A stretch of 64,000 nucleotides of DNA from Nannocystis bainbridge (GCF_028368995.1 NZ_JAQNDL010000002.1:192001-256000); one strand, 5' to 3'. Positions 19,271-29,842 are shown, numbered from the stretch's first letter. Notes: generated by a model from the letters alone, not told the origin. Numbers and translations are program-made.

Positions 19271-22200
19271 GAAGGTGATGCCGACGTCGAAGATGAAGCG
19301 GCCGTTGCGGTCGTCGATCGGCTTGACGTTGCCGGGGGCGATCGAGTTGGGCAGCAGGATCGCGTAGCCGAGGGCCAGGGTGACCAGCTTGATGTCCCAC
19401 TTGACGAAGTTGATGCCGACGCTGCGGCGGAAATCGCGGGCCAGCTGCACCTGCGACCAGCGCTGGGTCAGGATGCCGAAGTCGAAGAACAGCGAGTGGT
19501 GGATCTTGCCGCCGAGGAAATCGTTGAGCGAGGTGACCTGCAGGGCGATGGTGGCGAGGGCCCGGATGTGGCCGCCCTGGGCGGTGTAGTGCAGGCGCTT
19601 GAAGCCGTCGCCGGTGTCGATCGCCTCGATGTCGACCAGCATCGTCTCGGGGAAGATGCCGCGCAGGCCGAGGTCGGCCGTGCCGCCGCCCCAGTAGCGC
19701 CAGATCTCGGGCACGCCCGCCGCGCCCGAGCCGCCCGGCAGGTTCGGCAGCGGGATGGCGTGGCCGTAGCGCAGGGCGTAGCGGAAGTTGAGGCGGTTCG
19801 CCGTGCGCGGGATCGGGATGAAGTGCTGGAACGCGAGGTCGGTGCGCAGGAACCAGTCCTGGCCGCCGAAGTAGGGCGAGGCGAAGCGCACGTCGCCCTG
19901 GATGATGATGCCCTTGTCGGGGTTCGAGGGGTTCTCGGTGTTGTTGTAGGTGAAGCCGGCCGTGAGCGCGCCGGTGCGATCGGAGACGATGGCGTCGCGG
20001 CGGTTGACGACGGTGGGCAGGCCGAGCTCGGTGTCGGGGGTGAACGCCGGCTTGGAGATGTCCTGCGAGATGTTGCTCTTCTGGATCAGGTAGCCGACGT
20101 AGAGCTGGAGCGCGCGGCTGCGGCTGTAGCTGAGGGTGATGTTGCCGACGGCGAGCTCGATAGGTCCGCGCGCCGGGGTGACGCGGCGCTGGTACTGGCC
20201 GTTGATCTCGAGCGTGAGCGGGGTGGCGAAGATCCGCGGGCGGGCCAGGCGGCCGCGGACGCTGCGCTCGTAGCAGGGCTGGCCGGCGCAGTCGCCGAGG
20301 AACGGCACGTTGGACGAGAAGCGCTGGGTGTTGAAGCCGTAGTGGCCGAGGATGTCGAAGTCCCAGGCGGTGCCGAACAGGTTGGGGAAGATCGGGTGGA
20401 GGAACACGTAGAACGGGTCGAGCGTGGCCAGGCCGACGCCGCCCTGCAGCTTGACCGAGACGTCCTTCGACTCGCGCATCTCGAGCACCTGGTGGACGGC
20501 GCAGCGCTCGTTGGGGTCGTCGTCGAGGTCGCAGCCGGTCGGGTAGGCGGTGAGCTCGGTGCTCTCGGCGACGTCGAGGCCGTCGACGTTGGCGCGCGAC
20601 TCGTCGGCCTTGGCCCGCGAGTACACGCCGCCGGTCTTGTGGGCGAACTGGCGCCGCAAGATCCAGTTGTGGGTCTTGAAGTTGCCGCGCACGACGGTGT
20701 CGCCGAACACGCCGGGGCGGCCCTCGTAGACGCTGATCTCGGCCTCGACCTCGACGGCGGAGCCGCTCTTGTACGCCTGGCACAGGCCGATCTCGGGGTC
20801 GACGAGGCGCCTGGCGTTCGGGACAGGTTTGACCTCTTTGGTGCGCGGGTCGGTGTAAAGCCAGCGCAGCTCGGCGTCGGCGACCGGGAAGCCGTCGTTG
20901 CGGTAGTTGTCGACGATGCCCTGCTCGGTGTCGCGGTCGAGCGAGGTGGCGAGCGGGATGTTGCCGGGGCGGTCGTCGCCCTTGTGGCGCAGGGCGGTGC
21001 CGCGGAGCATGCGGGTCGCGCCCCACTCGCCGCGGTCGTGGTGCGGCTGGCCCTCGATCTCGCGGTCGCCGGGGACCGGGCCGTCGAGGTAGCGGACGAC
21101 CTCGGGCTTGCGCGAGGTGAACACGCGCGGGCCCGGCTCGACGCTGACGCGCACGTAGAGCTCGGCGCGCGACTGCTTGCGCAGGGCCGCGAGGCCGCGG
21201 GGGTCGAGGTCGCGCACGGCCCAGGCGGCGAACGAGTCGCGGCGCAGGATCGTCTCGACGTCGACGTCGGCGTACTCGCCCTTCTTGTCGAGGCCGTCGG
21301 GCCAGAAGGCGACGCGCACGCCGGCCTGGGCGCACAGGTAGCCGGCGTCGGCGAACTTGGCGAGCAAGGCCGAGAGGTGGTCGACGACGGCGGCCTCGGT
21401 GAAGGTGCCGGGGGCCCGCAGCACGCGCTCGTCGGCGAACTCGCGCTCGAGCCGCTCGCGCACGCCGCGAGGGACGCCGCGGCCGACCACGAGGTCGAGC
21501 TTCTTCATGCGCACGACCGGGCCCTCCTTGATCTGGAAGGTGAGGGCGCCGGGGGCGTTGCCGTAGTCGTCGTAGCGGCCGTCGATCTCGGCCAGCAGGA
21601 AGCCCTTGCCCTGATAGAAGCCGCGCAGGTTGGCGGCCTCGCGCTGGGCCGTCTGCGCGCTCGGGGCCTCCCGGCGCGAGAACAGCTGCAGCTCGCTGCG
21701 CAGGCGCTGCTCGGAGTAGCTGCGGCGGCCGATGAAGGACGTCTTGACGCCGGGGCCGAGGTCGACGTCGACGGTCAGCGGCAGCTTGCCGGTCTTCGGG
21801 ATGTCCTCGGGCTTGAGGTCGTCGTAGCTGGTGCCGACCTGGACCTGCGGGTAGGGCAGGGCGAGCCGCGAGGTAGCGGTGCGGCGGATGATGGCGTCGC
21901 GCGGCTCGGCGAACTGCCGCTCGACGCGCTCGCGGCTCTCCTCGATGCGCTCGCGGGTGATCCGGGCCGGGAACGGGGTGGCCTTGACGCGCGGCCAGAA
22001 GGCGCGGCGGATCCAGCCCTTGTCGTCCTCGGAGACCTTGCCGACGACCTTCACCTGGCGCATCGGCACGCGGAAGGCGGGGCCCTTGTCGAGGTACACG
22101 TAGAGGTCGACCTCGTCGCTGGCGCGCCCGCACGTGAGCCCGAGCGAGGCGTTGCCGCGCAGGTAGCCCTTGTCGTAGAGGTAGCGCTTCAGCCGATCGA

Positions 22201-23401
22201 TCTCGTCGGCCTCCCACTTGGTGCAGGCGGCGTCGCCCGGCTCGCACACGGACGGCCGCTCCTTGCGCTGCTGTCGCGGCGAGACGCACTTGCCTCGCGA
22301 CAGCGAGCCGGGGCGCGAGTTGATGCTGAGCTCGCGCTGGACCTCGGTCTTCGACAGCGGCAGGTGGCCGCGGACCCGCACGCGGCGGATGCTCTGGCCC
22401 GGCTCGACGCGGATCGACAGCAGGTTGGCGCCGTCGGGCTCGAACTGGGCCCGGTAGCCGAGCTGCTGCAGCTGGGCGGAGATGGCGGCCGGGATCAGGT
22501 AGCCGGTGCCGAGGTTCAAGATCTTGCGCAGGCGGACGCCGTCGTCACCGGGCAAGAACTTGTCGCCGACGACGCGCGAGCGCTCGATGCGGGCGAACAC
22601 GACGCCGGGGTCCTCGCCCTCGAGCACGGGGCGGACGCTGAGCTCGACCTCGCCGGCGCCCTTGGGCTCGAGGGCGATGACGTAGCTGCCCTCCTCGGCG
22701 GTGAGCTCGAGCTGGTAGTAGAGGAGGGCGTAGTCCTTGCCGCGCAGGTCGACGACGCAGGCGGTGCCGCGCAGGGTGGTGCCGCGCTCGCGCGTGCCGA
22801 CCTCGAAGCCGCCGCGGTCGCGCAGGCTGTCGAGCGCGCGGTCGATGAGGCCGAACGGGTCGGCGCCGGCGTCGACGCGGGCGCAGGTCGGGCCGCTGGT
22901 GACGACGCTCGGGGCCTGGATCTCGGGCGCCTCGGTGGTGGTGGTCGGCGCGGCCAGCTCGCTGCCCTCCGGTGGCAGCTCCTTGTCGGGGGCGGGCGCG
23001 GACTCGATCGGCACGTCGGTGATGCCGACCGGCGCGGCCGGCGGGGCCGGCTGGTCGGGCTTGGCCGCCGGCCCCGCGTTCACGCCCTGCGGCTTGCCGA
23101 CCGGGGTCCGGCTGTCCTTGGGGGCAGGTTCTTCGGGACCTGTCCCTTCGCTACTGTCGTGGGGGGCAGGTGCTTTGGGACCTGTCCCATCGTTGCTGGT
23201 CTTCGGGGCAGGCCCCTTGGGGCTCGCGCCGGAGTCGTCGGGGCTCGGGGCCGGCGTGGTGGTGATCGGCGCCTGCGATCCGGGCGGCGGGCCCGGGGGC
23301 GCGGCGGCCCACGCCGGCGCGGCGCTCGTCCACGCGAGCGCGAGGGCGGCGAGCAGGCGCGCGAGGCGGCGGTCAGCGCAGGCTGGGAAGCTGGTATTCA
23401 A
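19268..23401 (-). CDS. Omp85/BamA-TamA family outer-membrane protein with POTRA domains
   Basis: Signal peptide, POTRA-like repeats (VRGHLPLS, YDKGYL, VRGNFKT), barrel loop GGG..LRG, terminal F; follows a TamB-like gene. Confidence 0.85.
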   Translation of the reverse strand: MNTSFPACADRRLARLLAALALAWTSAAPAWAAAPPGPPPGSQAPITTTPAPSPDDSGASPKGPAPKTSNDGTGPKAPAPHDSSEGTGPEEPAPKDSRTPVGKPQGVNAGPAAKPDQPAPPAAPVGITDVPIESAPAPDKELPPEGSELAAPTTTTEAPEIQAPSVVTSGPTCARVDAGADPFGLIDRALDSLRDRGGFEVGTRERGTTLRGTACVVDLRGKDYALLYYQLELTAEEGSYVIALEPKGAGEVELSVRPVLEGEDPGVVFARIERSRVVGDKFLPGDDGVRLRKILNLGTGYLIPAAISAQLQQLGYRAQFEPDGANLLSIRVEPGQSIRRVRVRGHLPLSKTEVQRELSINSRPGSLSRGKCVSPRQQRKERPSVCEPGDAACTKWEADEIDRLKRYLYDKGYLRGNASLGLTCGRASDEVDLYVYLDKGPAFRVPMRQVKVVGKVSEDDKGWIRRAFWPRVKATPFPARITRERIEESRERVERQFAEPRDAIIRRTATSRLALPYPQVQVGTSYDDLKPEDIPKTGKLPLTVDVDLGPGVKTSFIGRRSYSEQRLRSELQLFSRREAPSAQTAQREAANLRGFYQGKGFLLAEIDGRYDDYGNAPGALTFQIKEGPVVRMKKLDLVVGRGVPRGVRERLEREFADERVLRAPGTFTEAAVVDHLSALLAKFADAGYLCAQAGVRVAFWPDGLDKKGEYADVDVETILRRDSFAAWAVRDLDPRGLAALRKQSRAELYVRVSVEPGPRVFTSRKPEVVRYLDGPVPGDREIEGQPHHDRGEWGATRMLRGTALRHKGDDRPGNIPLATSLDRDTEQGIVDNYRNDGFPVADAELRWLYTDPRTKEVKPVPNARRLVDPEIGLCQAYKSGSAVEVEAEISVYEGRPGVFGDTVVRGNFKTHNWILRRQFAHKTGGVYSRAKADESRANVDGLDVAESTELTAYPTGCDLDDDPNERCAVHQVLEMRESKDVSVKLQGGVGLATLDPFYVFLHPIFPNLFGTAWDFDILGHYGFNTQRFSSNVPFLGDCAGQPCYERSVRGRLARPRIFATPLTLEINGQYQRRVTPARGPIELAVGNITLSYSRSRALQLYVGYLIQKSNISQDISKPAFTPDTELGLPTVVNRRDAIVSDRTGALTAGFTYNNTENPSNPDKGIIIQGDVRFASPYFGGQDWFLRTDLAFQHFIPIPRTANRLNFRYALRYGHAIPLPNLPGGSGAAGVPEIWRYWGGGTADLGLRGIFPETMLVDIEAIDTGDGFKRLHYTAQGGHIRALATIALQVTSLNDFLGGKIHHSLFFDFGILTQRWSQVQLARDFRRSVGINFVKWDIKLVTLALGYAILLPNSIAPGNVKPIDDRNGRFIFDVGITF

Positions 23402-26400
23402 GGCGCAGCTCGAGCGAACGCTGGCGGAGAGGGTCGAAGATGATGCGCTCGTTGAAGTAAGAGCGGCGGTTGTCGCGGAACTCGAGGACGGCGGAGTCGA
23501 GCAGGCGGAAGCGGACGCGCCAGTCGTAGCTGTTGCGCAGGAGCAGGCCCGGGTAGCCGCGGGTGTAGCCGGCGCCGATCGTCATGTTGCCCCAGTCGGT
23601 GCGGAACCACGGGCGCGGGGTCTCGGCGTTGACCTCGACGCCGAGCTGACCGAGCTGGGCGCCGACCTGCGGCAGGTAGGGGGCGAGGCGCGGGACCGAC
23701 TTCTCGACGTAGCGGTTGAGGTTGATCTCGGTGAGGTTGCCGACCAGGCCGAGCGGGCGCCCGAGCAGGCCGCCGGAGCCGTAGCGGCGGACGTTGGCGT
23801 CGGCGACCTCGCGGTTGCCGCTGCCGAGGATGGCGTAGTCGACACACTCGCGCTGGGTCCGGCTGCGCGCGCGCGTGTCGCCGAGCACGGCGCAGCGGAA
23901 GGTGATGGCGTCGAGGGTGCCGCCGAGGATCAGCGACATCTGCCGCGGCTGGTTCTCGATGTAGACCGGCTCCTGCCGCTGGGCGCGGACGTCGACCTTG
24001 CTCGACGACAGGTTGTTCTCGAGCAGGACGCGGCCGAAGGTGATGTCGTAGGCGCCGTTGAGGATGGCGACGTCGAGCACGCCGGCGGTGACGTCGACGC
24101 GGCCCGACATCTCGAGGTCGGCGATCGAGCCGCCGATCGCCAGCGAGACCTGACCCTCGACGCCCTTCATGATGTTGTTGTCGACCCGGAATGGCGTGGT
24201 CGTGCGGAGCCGGAGGTCGAGGTTCATGTCGCGCAGGATCTCGGGCGGCGGAGCGGACGGCGCGGAGCTCGGATCGGCGAAGGATAGCACCTTGACGCCC
24301 TGCTGCGCGTCGCGCACCCAGCGGCCGCGCGCGACCTGCACGTCGCCGCGCAGGGTCTGGACGTCGCGCCCCTCGAGGACGATGCCCTTGCCCGAGATCG
24401 CCGCGTAGAGCTGCGGGCGACCCGAGTTGTCGAACATCTTGTACTGCACCTCCTCGAGGTCGACCCGCAGGCTGCTGCTCTCGAGGCGCGAGAAGTCGGG
24501 CGCGAGCACGACGTTGCCCCACAGCGACAGCGAGCCGCGGTCGCCGACGCGGGCCGCGAGGTGGCCCTCGGGCGCGACGAGGTCGTCGATCGCGGCCGTG
24601 CGACCGCCGACGATCACCGCGAAGCCTTCCTGCTTGCCCGGGCACGGGTCGGACTCGTTGCAGCGCTGGATCTCGATCACGCCGTTGTCGAGCTCGATCG
24701 CCTCGAGGCCGAGGCCCGCGAGCTCCATCATCAGGCCGCCGGGCGCGGGCTGCAGGCGGGCGCGCACGGTCTTGAGATCGAGGCTGTCGCCGACGCGGCC
24801 GGCGGCGTGGGCGTCGGCGATCTGCAGGCCGCCCGAGCTGGCCGCGAAGGTGTCGGGCAGGAACTCGCGCAGCAGCCGACCGTCGAGGCGGCCGCGCGCG
24901 GCGGCGGAGAAGCTGCCGCCGCACTCGCCGCCGAGCACGTAGAAAGTGCGGTGGCCGTTGAGGTCGCCGAACTGCACGGTCTGGCCGCGCACCGACAGCT
25001 CGCCCGAGGCGAGCAGGGCGTCCTGGGCCCACTGCAGCGACAGCTTGGGCACGGCGAAGGTGGTGCCGGCGGCCTTGGCGGTGACGGGCTTCTGCGGGTC
25101 GGGGACGCTGAAGCTGCCGGTGATGATCGGGTCGCTGACGTGGCCGTCGAGCTTGACGTCGAGGCCGATCTTGCCGGCGATGCCGGACACGGCGGTGCCG
25201 GCGACGAAGGGGTGGAGGCCGGCGAGGTCGAGCTCGCCGGCGACGCGGGCGCTGGCGCCGGTGGCCGGGGGCGTGCGCGCGGCGGTGGGCGGCTCGCTGC
25301 AGTCGCGCTTCTCGTCCTTCTTCGGCGCCTCGGGCGAGGCCGACAGCTCGACGTCGCCGGACACGGTGAGGGTCTTGCCGACGGCGACGCCGCCCGAGCG
25401 CAGCTCCCAGCCGTCGCGCAGGCTGAGGCGCGTGCCCTGCAGGGTGGCGACCAGGCGGTTGGCGGTGCACAGCGAGTCGGACTCGCGGCACGGGTCGCCG
25501 GGCAGGTTGCTGCCGGCGGCGACGCCCGAGCTCGGCGAGCGACCGGCGGCCCACAGGCGATCGAGCTCGACGAGGATCTTGAGGTCGCGGTCGCCCTGGT
25601 CGTCGTGCCACAGGCACGAGGTGATCAGCGGCTGTCCCGGAGGACAGGTACGGGCTGTGACCGTCAGGCCCTCGGCCTGGCCGTGCAGGCCCTCGCCGGG
25701 CTCGATGCCTGCGGCGCCGAGGAGGTTGCGCAGCGGCAGGTTGGCGAAGTGGACCGCGAGGTCGGCGGCGTACGGCGGGCCGGCCTTGCTGCCGCGCGGC
25801 TTCTCGCCGATGGCGACGATGGCGTCGACGTCCCACTCGTACGGGGCGCGGCGCCGGCGGCCGCCGTCGTCGCCGAAGCGGCCCTTGACGACGATCTCGC
25901 GCCGCGCGGCCAGGCCGTCGCCGGCGGGGCGGTCGTTGCTGTCGAGCTGCAGCTCGCCGCTGCCGAGCGGGATGCCGACGGCGTTGATGGCGGTCAGCTC
26001 GACGGTGCCGTGCACGCTCGGGCGCGTCAGCGTGCCGGTGATCTCGAGGTCGGTGCCGCGATCGATCTGGGCCCCGGCGGGCAGGTCGGTGAGGCCGGCG
26101 ATCGCGGCGAAGGTGCTGATCGGCAGGCGGCGGCCGCTGATCTTGAGGTCGAGCTGCGGGTCGCTGTCGAAGCTGACCGAGCCCTTGCCGGTCAAGGAGC
26201 CGACCGGGACGGTGAGGTCGGGCGCGGCCGAGGGGCTGGGCCGGCGGTGCTGGCGGGCCACGAACTCGTCGATGTTGACGCCGTCGCGGGTGAGGCTGAA
26301 GCGGGCCTCGGTGTCGCGCAGCTCGCCGTGGCCGACCTTGAGCTCGGGCACCGAGGCGGCGCCGCGGGCCTGGAATTTGGAGAGCGGGACCGGGCGCTTG

Positions 26401-29288
26401 GCGTCGTCGCCGACCTCGAGCCGGATGTCGGCCTTGCCGGCGACGCTGTCGCCAGCGACGCGCTCGAGCTCGACGCCGGTGAGGTCGATGGTGGCGCGCA
26501 GGGTCGGATCGCTGCTGACGCCCTTGCCGTCGAACAGGCCGACGTCGACGTCGAGCGCCCCGGCGCCGCCGAGCACGGTCGCCCGCTCGCTCTTGAGGCT
26601 GAGCACGCCGTCGCGCAGGCCGAGCGAGACGTCGCGGATGTTCTGCACCGCGAACTGACCCTGGCCGACGTCAGACAATTGCAGCGACCCGTTGCGGCCG
26701 CTCGGGCGACCGAGCGGGCCGTGGACGGTGAGGCCGGCCTGCAGCCGCTCGACGAACGGGCTCATGCCGAGGCTGGCGAAGAAGCTCTTGCCGTCGGTGA
26801 TCTTGAGCTTGATGTCGGTCGGCTTGAGGTGGGCGAACTTGGCGTCGAGGCCGCCGTCGACGCTGAGGCTGGCGCCGTCGACGGTGACGAGCAGGTCGGC
26901 GAGGTCGAGGCCCTCGACGCGGTCGAGGACGACGCCGCCGTCGATGCGGATCCGTCGCGGCAAGCCGTCATGGGTGCGCCGGCGCTCGATCTTGAGGCCG
27001 CCGATCTCGAGCACGATGCGGTCGAGCGGCGAGGCCTCCTCGGCGGGTGGAGTGCTCGCGGCGGCCGAGGCGAGGGCGTCGGCGACCGGCTCGGCGGCCT
27101 CGCCTCGCGCCTTGGGCCGGGTGGCCTTGCCCGACTTCTTGGGCGGCGGCGCAGCGGGAGCGAGGGCGTAGGTGACGTCGGCCGGGGTGGCGGCCGGGGC
27201 AGGCGCGGTGTCGTCGCTGCTGGTCGGGGCCGGGGCGCTGAGCTCGAGCGCGAACTCGCGGAGGTCGAGCTTGCCCGAAGCGGTGCCGGCGAGCATCGCC
27301 CGGGTGCCGCCGGCGGCCACGAGCTCGCCGGGGTCGATGCCTTGCAGCTCGGTCTGCGCGGTCAGCAGCATGCGCCGCTCGGGGCCGGTGCCGAGCACGA
27401 GGTGGTTGCGGGCCTCGTGCTCGCGCAGGTGGAAGCTGCCCCCGAGGACATGTCCTTCGAAGCGGGCGATGTCGAGGATCCACCGCTCCTCGCCGGCCGG
27501 GATGTACTGCGACCAGGCGACGGGCACGGGGTCGCGGCCGAGGGTGGCGTCGATGGCGGCGTCCTTGATCGCCCAGTCGACGTTCGGGTCGGTGAAGAAA
27601 TTGAGGCCGACGCCGGAGGCGGCGATGGCGATGCGGATGTCGTCGAAGGGGCCGCGGAAGGCCAGCTGCGCCGGGGCGCCGAAGGCGTCGATCATCGGGT
27701 CGGCGAGGCCGTGGACGCGGGTGATGAGGCGACCGATCGGGCCGGCGTCGGTGAACAGGGCGGTGACGTCGACGCTGCGCTTGCCGGCGGTGAAGATGTC
27801 GCGCAACCACCCGCGCAGGATGCCGTGCGAGCCGCCGATCTCGCCCTCGGCGCGGATCCGGATGTCGCCGAGCGGGCCGTCGCCGCCGGAGGCGAACTCC
27901 TCGAGCTTGAGGTTCTGGATCGGGAGTTCGTAGCCGAGCGCGGTGATCCGCGCGAAGCCGGTGGTGGCGAGCGCGCTGAGGCCGAATTGCAGCGGCTTCT
28001 TGAGCGGCGGCGGCTCCTTGGGGTGCTGACCCTCGAACAGGAGGACGGCGCCGACATCCTCGAGCGCGAGCTGGGTCTGCCAGCCGGTCTGGCCGCGGAA
28101 ATCGAGGTCGAGCGCGAGCTCGGCGAGGTCGGTGTGGTCGATGCGGATGCTCAGCGCGCGGGTGTGGACCTCCGGGTAAGGTCCAGGGCCGGGCCCGAAA
28201 GCCTCGACGAGGTCGACGATCCAGGCCTCGGTGCCGTCGCCGTAATGGGTCTTGATCTCGGACACGTTGAGCCGCATCGGCGCTTCGGTCCAGATGTCGG
28301 TGAAGTGCAAGACCCACGGGACCTCGAGCACGGCCGGCACGAGGAAGCGGTTCCACGGGATGATCTCGTGCAGGATGATCTCGGCGTCGATCGGGCCGTC
28401 GCACTCGGCGATGACGGTGTCCGGCTCCGGCATGTCCTGCTTCATGTAGCCGCGCCACAGCTTGAGGCCGGTGACGGTGGCGTGGTGCGGACGGCCCGTG
28501 ATGAGATCGAGGATGAGGTCGGGGCCCCAATGGACGCTGCCGAGCTCGAGCCGGCCGTTGACCTGCTTGTCGATGACGACGGTGAGGATCCGGCCGAGAG
28601 TGGCGTCGTTGACGAAGAAGTAGGCGACGACGTAGACGACGCTGAAGAGGCCGAGGAAGCCGAGGACGAACGAGATCGGCAGCTTGATCAGGAGGAACCG
28701 CAGCAGCGGGTTCTGGCGCCGGACCGGCTGCGGCGAGGCGGCGAAGCGGACGATCTGGGGGTGCAGCGCGCCGATCTCGTCAGGGTGCGCGAGCGCGTGG
28801 AACAGCAGGGCCTCGCGCAGCTGGCCGAAGCCGTGGTGCAGCCGCGGATCGACGTCGGGGCCGGGGACGTCGCCGTCGACGCGGCCGAGCACGTGGTCGC
28901 GGATCCGCGGCTCGACGTCGTCGTCGACGGCCTCGAGCGCCTTCTCGACGATCGGCGGCAGCTCGGCCCGGAAGGGCCGCGGGCGGGCCAGCGGGATCCG
29001 GTAGGCGAGCCGCAAGGAGCGCTCGACGGCCTCCTCTCGCACGCGTCGCCGCAGCTGCTTGCGCAAGGTACGGCGTGCGCTGCGCAGGTCGCCGGCGGCG
29101 ATCCGGCCGACGAGGCGCTGGCGCCCCAGGTCCTGGTAGGCGTCGAGCAGGAGGGCGAGGCTCGGTCCGCCAGGGAAGAGGTGACGGAAGCGTCGGGAGT
29201 TGCACAGCCGTTCGAGGCGCACCCGCCCGTCAGCGAGGAGATCGGCCTCCTGCTGCCATGCGCTGCCCGTTACCCCGGCGTTGGCCAC
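23373..29288 (-). CDS. TamB/AsmA-like translocation and assembly protein (1971 aa)
   Basis: N-terminal TM anchor, long beta-taco-like repeats (GTLTRPSVHGTV, GHVSDPIITG), DUF490-like C-terminus; coupled to the Omp85 gene. Confidence 0.75.
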   Translation of the reverse strand: MANAGVTGSAWQQEADLLADGRVRLERLCNSRRFRHLFPGGPSLALLLDAYQDLGRQRLVGRIAAGDLRSARRTLRKQLRRRVREEAVERSLRLAYRIPLARPRPFRAELPPIVEKALEAVDDDVEPRIRDHVLGRVDGDVPGPDVDPRLHHGFGQLREALLFHALAHPDEIGALHPQIVRFAASPQPVRRQNPLLRFLLIKLPISFVLGFLGLFSVVYVVAYFFVNDATLGRILTVVIDKQVNGRLELGSVHWGPDLILDLITGRPHHATVTGLKLWRGYMKQDMPEPDTVIAECDGPIDAEIILHEIIPWNRFLVPAVLEVPWVLHFTDIWTEAPMRLNVSEIKTHYGDGTEAWIVDLVEAFGPGPGPYPEVHTRALSIRIDHTDLAELALDLDFRGQTGWQTQLALEDVGAVLLFEGQHPKEPPPLKKPLQFGLSALATTGFARITALGYELPIQNLKLEEFASGGDGPLGDIRIRAEGEIGGSHGILRGWLRDIFTAGKRSVDVTALFTDAGPIGRLITRVHGLADPMIDAFGAPAQLAFRGPFDDIRIAIAASGVGLNFFTDPNVDWAIKDAAIDATLGRDPVPVAWSQYIPAGEERWILDIARFEGHVLGGSFHLREHEARNHLVLGTGPERRMLLTAQTELQGIDPGELVAAGGTRAMLAGTASGKLDLREFALELSAPAPTSSDDTAPAPAATPADVTYALAPAAPPPKKSGKATRPKARGEAAEPVADALASAAASTPPAEEASPLDRIVLEIGGLKIERRRTHDGLPRRIRIDGGVVLDRVEGLDLADLLVTVDGASLSVDGGLDAKFAHLKPTDIKLKITDGKSFFASLGMSPFVERLQAGLTVHGPLGRPSGRNGSLQLSDVGQGQFAVQNIRDVSLGLRDGVLSLKSERATVLGGAGALDVDVGLFDGKGVSSDPTLRATIDLTGVELERVAGDSVAGKADIRLEVGDDAKRPVPLSKFQARGAASVPELKVGHGELRDTEARFSLTRDGVNIDEFVARQHRRPSPSAAPDLTVPVGSLTGKGSVSFDSDPQLDLKISGRRLPISTFAAIAGLTDLPAGAQIDRGTDLEITGTLTRPSVHGTVELTAINAVGIPLGSGELQLDSNDRPAGDGLAARREIVVKGRFGDDGGRRRRAPYEWDVDAIVAIGEKPRGSKAGPPYAADLAVHFANLPLRNLLGAAGIEPGEGLHGQAEGLTVTARTCPPGQPLITSCLWHDDQGDRDLKILVELDRLWAAGRSPSSGVAAGSNLPGDPCRESDSLCTANRLVATLQGTRLSLRDGWELRSGGVAVGKTLTVSGDVELSASPEAPKKDEKRDCSEPPTAARTPPATGASARVAGELDLAGLHPFVAGTAVSGIAGKIGLDVKLDGHVSDPIITGSFSVPDPQKPVTAKAAGTTFAVPKLSLQWAQDALLASGELSVRGQTVQFGDLNGHRTFYVLGGECGGSFSAAARGRLDGRLLREFLPDTFAASSGGLQIADAHAAGRVGDSLDLKTVRARLQPAPGGLMMELAGLGLEAIELDNGVIEIQRCNESDPCPGKQEGFAVIVGGRTAAIDDLVAPEGHLAARVGDRGSLSLWGNVVLAPDFSRLESSSLRVDLEEVQYKMFDNSGRPQLYAAISGKGIVLEGRDVQTLRGDVQVARGRWVRDAQQGVKVLSFADPSSAPSAPPPEILRDMNLDLRLRTTTPFRVDNNIMKGVEGQVSLAIGGSIADLEMSGRVDVTAGVLDVAILNGAYDITFGRVLLENNLSSSKVDVRAQRQEPVYIENQPRQMSLILGGTLDAITFRCAVLGDTRARSRTQRECVDYAILGSGNREVADANVRRYGSGGLLGRPLGLVGNLTEINLNRYVEKSVPRLAPYLPQVGAQLGQLGVEVNAETPRPWFRTDWGNMTIGAGYTRGYPGLLLRNSYDWRVRFRLLDSAVLEFRDNRRSYFNERIIFDPLRQRSLELRLEYQLPSLR

Positions 29289-29291
29289 GGT

Positions 29292-29708
29292 TCAGGGCTC
29301 TAGCCTATCATCCGCGGCACCACCAGGGCCGGACGGCGGGGCAGAAGTTGCACCCCCCGACGCGGCGGCCGGGCGGCCCCACGCAGGATGATGGAGCCGG
29401 ACCCGCTCGCCCGTCGCAGGCAGCGCGACTTGACAGGCGAGGCGACTCGGCCCCGTGAAGCCGAATCGCGCCTCGATCGCGGTCGGCTGCGAGAGGGCCG
29501 CGAGCCCGACCTCGACTTCGACGGCGCAGCTGCGACAGACACCCTCGCCGCGGCAGCTCTGGCCGAGCGGCAAGCGAGCCGTTCGCACGGCGTCGAGCAG
29601 GGTCGGCGGGAGCTCGTCGTCCGCGGCGACGATGTCGGCGACCTCGAGGACGATCTGCCGCGTCGCGGTGAAGAACTCGATCGCCACGCGGGATCGAGTG
29701 TGGCCCAA
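29292..29708 (-). CDS. 2Fe-2S ferredoxin-like protein
   Basis: SCRGEGVCRSC..RLACQ motif. Confidence 0.8.
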   Translation of the reverse strand: MGHTRSRVAIEFFTATRQIVLEVADIVAADDELPPTLLDAVRTARLPLGQSCRGEGVCRSCAVEVEVGLAALSQPTAIEARFGFTGPSRLACQVALPATGERVRLHHPAWGRPAAASGGATSAPPSGPGGAADDRLEP

Positions 29709-29842
29709 TCTCGCGGGACGGCGCTGCTAAATCCGTGGCGCCCGCGAGGGGCGATCCGCGGCGTCGCGTGCTCGCCGCGCGGCGTGCAGGAGGGCGAGCC
29801 TCGGCGCGCTCAGCCGCAGCGGGCGCGGCCGCTTCGCGGCAC

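Noticed and set aside
19137-29303. Long alternative-frame ORFs (e.g. 19184..23443 +, 24561..29303 +, 19137..22289 -)
   Set aside because: Shadow ORFs of high-GC genes; low-complexity R/A/G/V content with no motifs
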